A program made the position numbers and the translations under genes. Below the pieces are notes generated by a model. The model worked only from the letters and a program-made list of their open reading frames with translations. It was not told the DNA's origin and did no database searches. A stretch of DNA of 17,323 bases from a candidate division WOR-3 bacterium. Lineage in GTDB: Bacteria; Hydrothermota; Tepidihabitantia; Tepidihabitantales; JAOUPE01. The stretch covers positions 1 to 17,323 of the forward strand of contig JBDRUX010000052.1 in the NCBI GenBank assembly GCA_039801565.1, read 5' to 3'. Position 1 is the stretch's first letter. Each line of letters opens with the position of its first letter. Positions 8,412-16,078 of the stretch are shown here, one piece after another.

Positions 8412-8592
8412 TTAATTGATAGAAACGGCCTAATTAGCTTACTTTTAGGAATGAAGTGAAACAAAAATTTACTGAGTTTAAATTTATTTATTTAATTCCT
8501 CGTTTCCAGTTGTTTTTTCTAAATAGTTATTCCCCAAATTGTGACCATCTCGATTGTTGCATTTAGCTTGTTATTGAATAAAGTGAATTGGC

Positions 8593-9447
8593 TTAGTCTT
8601 TTAAACCAGTCCAGAATTCATTGGCAAAATTACCACTTGCTATTTTCGAGACCGGACCGATAAGAAAGAAATGGTTATTCTCCTTGATTTCGACGGTCAT
8701 TGCACCACCAGGCATAAAGACTTTAACTTTTTTATCCACTAAGCCTAATCGGTTAGCAGCGCCAACCGCAGCACAACTGCTACTACCCGAGGCTAATGTA
8801 TAACCAACCCCTCTCTCCCATATCTCAATTCGGATATTCTTACGGTCTATTACCTTTAATAACTGAACATTGATTCGGTTGGGGAATAATTGGTGGTGTT
8901 CAATTTTGGGACCAATTTCTAATAATAGTTCTTTGCTTATTTTATTTAATGGAATGATACAATGGGGGTTGCCAATCGAAAGGCAGGTGATTTTATATTC
9001 TTTGTCATTAATCTTTAATGGTTCATTAATCACCTCTCTTTTCTTGCCTTTGACTGGTATCTTTTCACTTTGAAAGGTAACCGTTCCCATATCTACCGCA
9101 ATTAAGGTGGCATCATTATTTAAGATTTTAACTGCTACTTCACCGCTTAAGGTTTCAAGTTTAAAATCAAGCGTCGCTGGACTAATAATTTTAGCATCAT
9201 AAAGATATTTAGCGAAGATACGGATACCGTTCCCACTCTTTTCAGCTTCACTCCCATCCGAGTTGAATATTCGCAATTTTATTTTACCCTTTTCAAAAAT
9301 TGGACCATAAAGGATACCACAAGCCCCAAGACCAAAATTACGATTGCAAACGAGTCTAATTCGTGCCGGAGTGAGTCTTAGCTTAAACTCACTGGGGTTA
9401 ATTACGATATAATCGTTACCTAAAGCTTGATACTTGTAAAAATCCAT
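8593..9447 (-). CDS. dapF: Diaminopimelate epimerase family protein, serine-pair variant
   Basis: KYQALGNDY, FNSDGSEAEKSGNG, VDMG, GNPH, ERGVGYTLASGS; both canonical catalytic Cys positions are Ser. Confidence 0.88.
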   Translation of the reverse strand: MDFYKYQALGNDYIVINPSEFKLRLTPARIRLVCNRNFGLGACGILYGPIFEKGKIKLRIFNSDGSEAEKSGNGIRIFAKYLYDAKIISPATLDFKLETLSGEVAVKILNNDATLIAVDMGTVTFQSEKIPVKGKKREVINEPLKINDKEYKITCLSIGNPHCIIPLNKISKELLLEIGPKIEHHQLFPNRINVQLLKVIDRKNIRIEIWERGVGYTLASGSSSCAAVGAANRLGLVDKKVKVFMPGGAMTVEIKENNHFFLIGPVSKIASGNFANEFWTGLKD

Positions 9448-9462
9448 TAGAAGTTTTCAGAT

Positions 9463-9491
9463 ATTTTAAATTGAACTTAATGCTGTGTCAA
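9463..9491 (-). promoter_or_regulatory. Sigma70-type promoter of dapF
   Basis: On the - strand TTGACA-17 nt-TAAAAT, 15 nt before the ATG. Confidence 0.7.
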
Positions 9492-9517
9492 TGCAAAGGC
9501 GGATGACAAAACTATTA

Positions 9518-9546
9518 TTGACAACTAAATTACTTTCTAATATGAT
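9518..9546 (+). promoter_or_regulatory. Sigma70-type promoter of the DUF355 gene
   Basis: TTGACA-17 nt-TATGAT, 10 nt before ATG 9557. Confidence 0.72.
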
Positions 9547-9556
9547 AGATTGTGGT

Positions 9557-10039
9557 ATGGATATAAAAATTGTAAAAATTAAACGACCCGACGATGCTAA
9601 TATCATCTTGGGTCAGGCGCATTTTATCAAGACAGTCGAAGACCTTTACGAAGCTTTAATTAATTCGGTTCCGAATATTAAATTTGGTATTGGGTTTTGT
9701 GAATCCTCGGGACCGTGTTTAGTACGAACTGATGGTAATGATGCCGAATTGACAAAAATGGCAGCAGAAAATGCATTCGATATCGGTTGCGGCCATTCGT
9801 TTATTATCATCATTCGCAATGCCTATCCAATCAATATCTTGAAAGCAATTAAGGATGTTTACGAAGTTTGTAATATCTATTGCGCAACCGCTAATCCAGT
9901 CGAAGTTATTATTGCTGAGACCGAAACCGGCCGAGGAATCTTAGGTGTAATTGATGGTGAAAAATCCAAAGGCATCGAAACCGAAAAGGATAAACAGGAG
10001 CGGAAGGATTTTTTACGTAGGATTGGCTATAAATTTTAA
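9557..10039 (+). CDS. Adenosine-specific kinase-like protein (DUF355 family)
   Basis: GQAHFIKTVEDL, FCESSGPCLVR, GHSF, CATANPVEVI, GRGILGVIDG, RRIGYK. Start reassigned to 9557 because the ORF-track start at 9485 lies upstream of the promoter. Confidence 0.9.
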   Translation: MDIKIVKIKRPDDANIILGQAHFIKTVEDLYEALINSVPNIKFGIGFCESSGPCLVRTDGNDAELTKMAAENAFDIGCGHSFIIIIRNAYPINILKAIKDVYEVCNIYCATANPVEVIIAETETGRGILGVIDGEKSKGIETEKDKQERKDFLRRIGYKF

Positions 10040-10094
10040 CCGATAAGGATTAATCAAGCAAAATTCAATCTCAAAACGGAACGAAAAGTCGGAT

Positions 10095-10556
10095 GTGACG
10101 AAAGAGACATATCTTGACAAACCGGTTCCTTCGATCTTACTTATTGTCATTGTTAGTTCGAATTTAATTTTAGGATTACTTGCCCTACCATTGGGATTCT
10201 TTCTTATTGGCAAAATTCCATTAATTGGTCCAATTTTTATCTTTAGTTGTGCTTTCTTAGCTTTACTCTATACCGGATTAACCCTCTTTGCCCTGGGCAC
10301 AACAAAATATTATTTAGACACCACTGGAATTGATATCCGATTTGGCATTTGGCATCGTTTCTTTGCTTGGAGTGAATTTAATGGTTTTGAGCGACAAAAG
10401 AAGGTTTTTGTTTTTAACATATCCTCACCCGGTTCAACCCCCTGTGTTCGGCTCAAAGACGCCTTGGTTCTAAGACAGAAGAATGGCAAATTAATCTATC
10501 TCACACCTAACGATTCTTATCAGATGTTAGAGAAGATTGCCGGTTTTATTCGCTAA
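10095..10556 (+). CDS. Small membrane protein, two N-terminal TM segments plus possible bacterial PH-like domain
   Basis: Two hydrophobic stretches, then YYLDTTGIDIRFGIW...W and a C-terminal IYLTPND motif, a pattern resembling bPH domains. GTG start is uncertain. Confidence 0.6.
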   Translation: MTKETYLDKPVPSILLIVIVSSNLILGLLALPLGFFLIGKIPLIGPIFIFSCAFLALLYTGLTLFALGTTKYYLDTTGIDIRFGIWHRFFAWSEFNGFERQKKVFVFNISSPGSTPCVRLKDALVLRQKNGKLIYLTPNDSYQMLEKIAGFIR

Positions 10557-10574
10557 TTAGCCAGAAGAGACTTT

Positions 10575-12401
10575 CTATTCCACAGTGACACTTTTTGCCA
10601 AATTTCTGGGCTTATCAACATCACAGCCGCGGGCTACAGCAATGTGATAAGCTAAAAGTTGTAGCGGTAAGGCAACCAAAATGGGTGTGAAATGTTCGGG
10701 CGCAGCTGGAATATAGATTATCTCATCAGCTAAATCCTCTAAGTTGGAATCGCCCTCGGTGCCGATGATTATGATTCTTCCCTTGCGCGCCTTAGCTTCT
10801 GCAATATTGGAAATCATTTTGTCATAAACCGAATCGCGAACCGCGATGCAAACTACCGGAACATTTTCGGTAATTAATGAGATCGGACCATGTTTCATCT
10901 CACCGGCTGGATAACCCGTAGCATGGATATAAGAAATTTCTTTCAATTTTAATGCCCCTTCTAAGGCAGAAGGATAATTGATACCACGACCCAGGAATAT
11001 AAAATTTTGAACGGAAGCCAACTTGCGTGCTAAGTTTCTGATAAACCGGTCGGATTGGAGAATTTTTTTAATGAGTGAAGGTAGCGTTTTAGTTTCTTGT
11101 AAAATTTGGTAAACTTCGGTTTTGGTAATAGTTCCGCGGTTCTGACCAAGATATAAAGCCAGCACAAGCAAGGTAAAAATTTGGGCAGTATAGGCCTTGG
11201 TTGAAGCAACCCCAATCTCCGGTCCAGCATAAATATATAATATACTATCGGACTCACGGTCCAGTGACGAGCGTTTCACATTAACAATGGAGAGCGTTTT
11301 TATCGCTTTAAGTTTGGCTTCGCGTAAAGCAGCTAGGGTGTCAGCTGTTTCGCCAGATTGGCTGATTGCTATCATCAGTGTCTCCTCGTCGGCGATAAAA
11401 TCACGGGTCCGCAACTCAGAAGCAATTTCAACAATCGTTGGAATCCGGCAAAAGCGCTCGAAATAATACCGGGCAATTAGGCCAGCATGATATGAGGTGC
11501 CACAGGCTTGGACTAAAATTCGTTTGAACCGAACCAAGTCTTCTGGATAGAATCGGAAGTCCGGGTCCATAATCAGATTGCCATTCCTTATCCGTTTCTT
11601 AATATTTTCTTGTAAAACCTGCGGTTGCTCAAAAATCTCCTTACGCATAAAATGGCGGAACCGCCCTTTGGAAACTGCTTTGGCTTTGAAATCAATCGGT
11701 TGGGCTGGTCTGCGTACCAAACGCCGATTGAAGTCAAAAATTTCTAAGCGTTCTTGGTTGACAACACAGATTTCTTTATCTTGGAGCGGAATTACCTTTT
11801 TGGCAATGCCAACCAACGCTAAAGTATCCGAAGCTAAAATGTATTCTTTCTTACCAATTCCAATTACCAATGGGCTTCCCATTTTTACTCCAATCAATTG
11901 GTAGGGCAGATCTTTTGAAATGATTGCCAAAGAGTAACTTCCTTGTAATTCCTTAACAGCTTTTAATACCGCATCGAGTAAATCGTTTTGATAATAGGAT
12001 TCAATCAGATGAACTACTACTTCGGTATCGGTATCCGAAACAAATTTGTGGCGTGCCGCCACTAACCGTTCCTTGATTTCGCGATAGTTCTCGATGATGC
12101 CATTATGGACCAAGGCTATTGTGTTAGTGCAATCCGTGAACGGATGGGCATTTTCATCACAGACCTTGCCGTGGGTTGCCCAACGGGTATGGCCAATCCC
12201 GACTGTACCACCTAAAGGTCTTGCCGCTAATAAATCTTTCAGTTTCTGCAATCGGCCTGCTACTTTAATCAATTTGATTTCATTATTGTTAACGGTGGCG
12301 ATGCCACAAGAATCATAGCCCCGGTACTCCAAACGTTCCAAACCGACCATAATAACATTGTCAACATTTTTACCGCCGCGATAGCCAACAATCCCGCACA
12401 T
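10575..12401 (-). CDS. glmS: Glutamine--fructose-6-phosphate transaminase (isomerizing)
   Basis: MCGIVG, LEYRGYDS, GHTRWATHG, SQSGETADT, VASTKAY, EGALKLKEISY, PRNLAKSVTVE. Confidence 0.98.
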   Translation of the reverse strand: MCGIVGYRGGKNVDNVIMVGLERLEYRGYDSCGIATVNNNEIKLIKVAGRLQKLKDLLAARPLGGTVGIGHTRWATHGKVCDENAHPFTDCTNTIALVHNGIIENYREIKERLVAARHKFVSDTDTEVVVHLIESYYQNDLLDAVLKAVKELQGSYSLAIISKDLPYQLIGVKMGSPLVIGIGKKEYILASDTLALVGIAKKVIPLQDKEICVVNQERLEIFDFNRRLVRRPAQPIDFKAKAVSKGRFRHFMRKEIFEQPQVLQENIKKRIRNGNLIMDPDFRFYPEDLVRFKRILVQACGTSYHAGLIARYYFERFCRIPTIVEIASELRTRDFIADEETLMIAISQSGETADTLAALREAKLKAIKTLSIVNVKRSSLDRESDSILYIYAGPEIGVASTKAYTAQIFTLLVLALYLGQNRGTITKTEVYQILQETKTLPSLIKKILQSDRFIRNLARKLASVQNFIFLGRGINYPSALEGALKLKEISYIHATGYPAGEMKHGPISLITENVPVVCIAVRDSVYDKMISNIAEAKARKGRIIIIGTEGDSNLEDLADEIIYIPAAPEHFTPILVALPLQLLAYHIAVARGCDVDKPRNLAKSVTVE

Positions 12402-12420
12402 CTTAACCCCCTATTATCGG

Positions 12421-13773
12421 TTAGGTATTTGGCTTTAGGATTTCTTTTACCTTGGCAATTAAATTTGTGGTGCTTTCCGGTGTATTTGTTTCAGCAATAA
12501 TGCGCAGTACCGGTTCAGTATTAGAAGGACGAATATGAACCCAATAGTCTTTGCCGATAACTTTTAGCCCATCGGCGGCATCAAATCGAGCTAGACCGAA
12601 TGCTTTTTTCAAAGCAATTTTCTTATTCGCCCAGGTCTTACTTTGATAAGGTAAAGTTGTCTTTTGGATATAATATCTTGGAATTTCCCTTCGGATTTCC
12701 GACAGTGGTTTTTCTCTATCGGAAAGAAGGTGAATCAAAATTGCGGTGGCAGTAATCCCATCGCGGGTAAAATTAATTTCGGGCAAAATGACACCGCCAT
12801 TACCTTCGCCCCCGATTATGGCATTCACTTCTTTCATTTTTGTCACTACCGCTGATTCACCGACTTTGGTTGTAAAGACCGGTGCTGAAAACCGATTAGC
12901 AATATCAAAAACCGCCATAGTGGTCGAAAGATTAACCACCACTGGTCCAACTTTTCGTTTAAGAATAAAAAGCAGCGCTAAGCAAATTGTTGCCTCCTCA
13001 CCCAAGGCAAATCCGGTCTCGTCAACAAACGAAACACGGTCGCCGTCGGGATCGAAGGCAATTCCAAAATCAAGATGTTTCTCTTTAACGAAATTGGCGA
13101 AATTTGTTAGATTTTCCGCAGTGGGTTCGGGTTTACGAGGGAAGTAGCCCGGTTTTTCGGTATTATAAAAAAAATGAACGGGAGTTAAACCTAATGATTG
13201 CAGAAGCGAATTTACTACCACTCCGGCCGCGCCATTACAGGTGTCAATGCCAACAACAAACTTTTTCACTGGAATATCTTTAAAATAGTCCGAGCGCAAA
13301 ACGGTTTTGATATGGTTGGTTATCGCTTCAGGCTCATCTTTAACAATTTTAATTTCCGACCAGTTGGCACGTTTAAAGTTTCGCTTTTTTAGCAACCCCT
13401 TAAACTCCTTTAATTCATCTTCGTTTAAAAAAGTTCCCTCTTTTGATACAAACTTAAGACCATTCCAATCTTCAGGGTTGTGGCTAGCAGTAATGACAAT
13501 GCCACCAGCAAAACCTAATTGTTTAACATTGAGTAATACAGTTGGGGTTGGACAAATTCCTAAATTGATAACTTCACACCCCGCTGAGAGTAAACCGCTG
13601 ACAACCGCAGCAAAAAGCATTTCACCGGAAGTTCGGCAATCCCTACCCACTGCTACTTTACCACCACCAACTAATGTTCCAAACCCAGCCGAAATTTCAG
13701 CAATAAGTTCGGGATATAAATCTTGGTTGACAATACCACGCAGTCCAGAAGTAGAAAAGATTGTTTTATTCAT
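12421..13773 (-). CDS. glmM: Phosphoglucosamine mutase (phosphohexomutase family)
   Basis: SGLRG, ITASHNP (phospho-Ser), DPDGDR, GGEGNGG, RPSNTEP; directly upstream of glmS. Confidence 0.88.
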   Translation of the reverse strand: MNKTIFSTSGLRGIVNQDLYPELIAEISAGFGTLVGGGKVAVGRDCRTSGEMLFAAVVSGLLSAGCEVINLGICPTPTVLLNVKQLGFAGGIVITASHNPEDWNGLKFVSKEGTFLNEDELKEFKGLLKKRNFKRANWSEIKIVKDEPEAITNHIKTVLRSDYFKDIPVKKFVVGIDTCNGAAGVVVNSLLQSLGLTPVHFFYNTEKPGYFPRKPEPTAENLTNFANFVKEKHLDFGIAFDPDGDRVSFVDETGFALGEEATICLALLFILKRKVGPVVVNLSTTMAVFDIANRFSAPVFTTKVGESAVVTKMKEVNAIIGGEGNGGVILPEINFTRDGITATAILIHLLSDREKPLSEIRREIPRYYIQKTTLPYQSKTWANKKIALKKAFGLARFDAADGLKVIGKDYWVHIRPSNTEPVLRIIAETNTPESTTNLIAKVKEILKPNT

Positions 13774-13780
13774 TTATTTG

Positions 13781-13808
13781 ATTATACCAAGTCGGTTTTT
13801 GGCGTCAA
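13781..13808 (-). promoter_or_regulatory. Sigma70-type promoter of glmM-glmS (probably leaderless transcript)
   Basis: On the - strand TTGACG-16 nt-TATAAT with extended -10 TG; ATG follows 7 nt later with no SD. Confidence 0.75.
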
Positions 13809-13848
13809 GGTTAAACATTTTAAACCCTTGAACTATTTAAACTTCCTT

Positions 13849-14355
13849 TTAATATTTCTCTACCACATCATCGCCCAATTCCACCGCGATGCTACGATTT
13901 AGGATGTTAACCGAGACAACCAACAATGAACGCGCCGGTTCGACTCGTAATAACCAACCAACTGCGCCTTTTAATGGTCCAGCCACAATCCGGACCTTAT
14001 CGCCTTCTTTGAGATAAGGATGAGGTTCAATTGCTGCTTCGGCTTCTACCAAAATTCGGACCGAATCAATTTCTTCTTCGGGAATTGGTATCGGTTTTCC
14101 CTTATCGCCCAAAATTTTCACGACGCTGGGCAGATTCAAAATTTTATTGATATCAATTGGATTTAACTTGGCAAATACATAACCAGGAAATAGTGGTGTC
14201 TCAATCAATTTCTTGCGGTCTTTACGCCGCGATTGAATCTTCCGTTTGGGCAGAAATGATTGGTATCCCAGCTGCGTAATTTGTTTGGCTACAGCAGTTT
14301 CATGACGGGCACGGGTATAAATTGCATACCATTGATTTGAGAGGTCTCCATTCAA
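13849..14355 (-). CDS. NusG-paralogue transcription antiterminator (UpxY/LoaP/RfaH-like)
   Basis: NGN domain WYAIYTRARHE...FLP...PLFPGYVF and KOW motif GDKVRIVAGPLKG. Start uncertain: TTG 14355 (after AAAGAGGAG) gives 168 aa; ATG 14490 or 14481 are alternatives. Confidence 0.9.
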   Translation of the reverse strand: MNGDLSNQWYAIYTRARHETAVAKQITQLGYQSFLPKRKIQSRRKDRKKLIETPLFPGYVFAKLNPIDINKILNLPSVVKILGDKGKPIPIPEEEIDSVRILVEAEAAIEPHPYLKEGDKVRIVAGPLKGAVGWLLRVEPARSLLVVSVNILNRSIAVELGDDVVEKY

Positions 14356-14495
14356 ACTCTCCTCTTTCAAAAAAGGATTTTTTTCAGGATTCAAAGGGGC
14401 AAGGTCCTTTTGATTGAATCGAATCTCGTGCGTAGCCTTTGAATCGTTTTGTAGATACGCTTTACAAAATTGGTCTTGCATTTTTCCCATAACCG

Positions 14496-14523
14496 AATTT
14501 AGCAACCATTTTCTCGTTGTCAA
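14496..14523 (-). promoter_or_regulatory. Sigma70-type promoter of the NusG-paralogue gene
   Basis: On the - strand TTGACA-16 nt-TAAATT with extended -10 TG. Confidence 0.55.
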
Positions 14524-14551
14524 GCCTAAGCCATTTCATTAACCCTATCCA

Positions 14552-14580
14552 TTGACCAAAATGCGAACTTGATTTATAAT
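14552..14580 (+). promoter_or_regulatory. Sigma70-type promoter of the aminotransferase-tilS unit
   Basis: TTGACC-17 nt-TATAAT. Confidence 0.75.
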
Positions 14581-14585
14581 CAGTT

Positions 14586-14735
14586 GTTTGAGGGATAACC
14601 CCTCAAACTCCCCGGTCTTGGAGAAATTTGCCCCAGAGACTCCGAGACACAGAGATTCGAAATTCTAAGGGAACTTAGTGATTTTGTGGCGAGAATTTGG
14701 GGATGGTTTGAGGGGTTTTCTCAACTAAAAGTTGA
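14586..14735 (+). repeat. Structured leader / nested inverted-repeat element
   Basis: GTTTGAGGG occurs at 14586 and 14706, both complementary to CCCTCAAAC (14600-14608); additional internal stems. Confidence 0.65.
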
Positions 14736-14755
14736 TAAATTTAGAAAGGAGCGCG

Positions 14756-16078
14756 ATGCATGAACCAAAAATTACTGGCAGTTTGCCGGGGGAGAAAGCC
14801 CGAGCAATTATTGCTAAGGATAAAAAATTTCTCTCACCCTCTTACAATCGGCTCTTCCCAGTAGTAATTGAAAAAGGCGAAGGCTCGTGGGTTTGGGATG
14901 TTGACGGCAATCGGTTTTTAGATTTTTCAGCCGGAATCGGCGTTTGTGCCACTGGGCATTGTCACCCAGAAATTGTGGTAAAAATTAAAGAGCAGACAGA
15001 AAAATTGATTCATTTCTCCAGCGCCACTTTTTATTATCCGGTGATTGTCGAATTAGCCGAAAAGGTAGCAGAAATTATCCCCGGTGGAATGAATTATAAG
15101 GTCTTCTTTGCCAATTCGGGTACCGAGGCAGTCGAGGGAGCATTAAAATTAGCTCGCCATTTTACGAAAAGAAATTACCTAATTGCCTTTTATGGTTCAT
15201 TTCATGGTCGAACCATCGGTGCTTTGTCTTTAACTGCCAGTAAAACAATTCAGCGGAAGGGTTTTGGTGGTTTGCTGGCTAATGTTATCCATACACCCTA
15301 CGGTTATTGTTACCGGTGTGCATTTAACTTGAGATATCCCCAATGCAATTTTACCTGTCTCGAATACATTGAAAATGAGATTTTTAAAAAAATTGTCCCA
15401 CCGGATGATGTTGCTGGAATCTTTGTCGAACCAATTCAAGGTGAAAGTGGTGTCATTGTGCCACCCGAAGGTTATTTTCAAAAATTGAGAGCGCTATGCG
15501 ACCGCTATCAAATCCTTTTAATTGCCGATGAAGTTCAATCTGGTATGGGACGAACCGGCAAGATGTTGGCAATTGAGCACTGGCAAACAAAAGCAGATAT
15601 CTATTGCTTGGGTAAAGGACTAGCTTCTGGTCTTCCTCTGGCCGGATTGGTGGCAAAATCATCGGTGATGAACTGGCAACCCGGCGCACATGCCTCAACC
15701 TTTGGGGGTAATCCAGTCGCCTGTGCCGCCGCTCTTGCCACAATTAAATTACTAAAAGAAAGTCTAATCGAAAACTGTGAAACAGTGGGGAATTTAATCT
15801 TAAAACGGCTAAAAGAGTTAGCCGAGCGCTACGATTACATCGGCGATGTGCGGGGAAAGGGGTTAATGATTGGAGTCGAATTCGTTGAAAGTAAAACCAA
15901 AAAGCCGTTAACCGAAAAACGAAACGGTGTGTTGCAGAAGGCATTGGAAAGAGGACTCCTTTTATTAAGTGCTGGTGAGAGTGTGATTCGTTTTCTGCCG
16001 GCATTGGTTCTAACCAAAGCTGAGGCAAATATTGGCTTGGAAATTTTTGAACAAGCAATAAAGGCGGTATTCAAATAA
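14756..16078 (+). CDS. Class III PLP-dependent aminotransferase (acetylornithine / 4-aminobutyrate / Lys-Orn aminotransferase family)
   Basis: DVDGNRFLDF, GHCHP, NSGTEAVE, SFHGRT, EPIQGESG, DEVQSGMGRTG, LGKGLASG (PLP Lys), STFGGNP; SD GAAAGGAG before ATG 14756. Confidence 0.92.
   Translation: MHEPKITGSLPGEKARAIIAKDKKFLSPSYNRLFPVVIEKGEGSWVWDVDGNRFLDFSAGIGVCATGHCHPEIVVKIKEQTEKLIHFSSATFYYPVIVELAEKVAEIIPGGMNYKVFFANSGTEAVEGALKLARHFTKRNYLIAFYGSFHGRTIGALSLTASKTIQRKGFGGLLANVIHTPYGYCYRCAFNLRYPQCNFTCLEYIENEIFKKIVPPDDVAGIFVEPIQGESGVIVPPEGYFQKLRALCDRYQILLIADEVQSGMGRTGKMLAIEHWQTKADIYCLGKGLASGLPLAGLVAKSSVMNWQPGAHASTFGGNPVACAAALATIKLLKESLIENCETVGNLILKRLKELAERYDYIGDVRGKGLMIGVEFVESKTKKPLTEKRNGVLQKALERGLLLLSAGESVIRFLPALVLTKAEANIGLEIFEQAIKAVFK

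Noticed and set aside
9485..9556. N-terminal extension of the DUF355 protein
   Set aside because: It spans the two divergent promoters; family similarity begins at MDIKIVKI (9557).
12402..12420. glmS ribozyme
   Set aside because: There are only 19 nt between glmM and glmS, and the glmM transcript appears leaderless.
14756..16078. Aminotransferase as a PLP-dependent amino-acid racemase partnering the odd DapF
   Set aside because: It has EPIQGESG (Glu, aminotransferase-like) rather than the EPIQGDxG I recall for racemase members of this fold.
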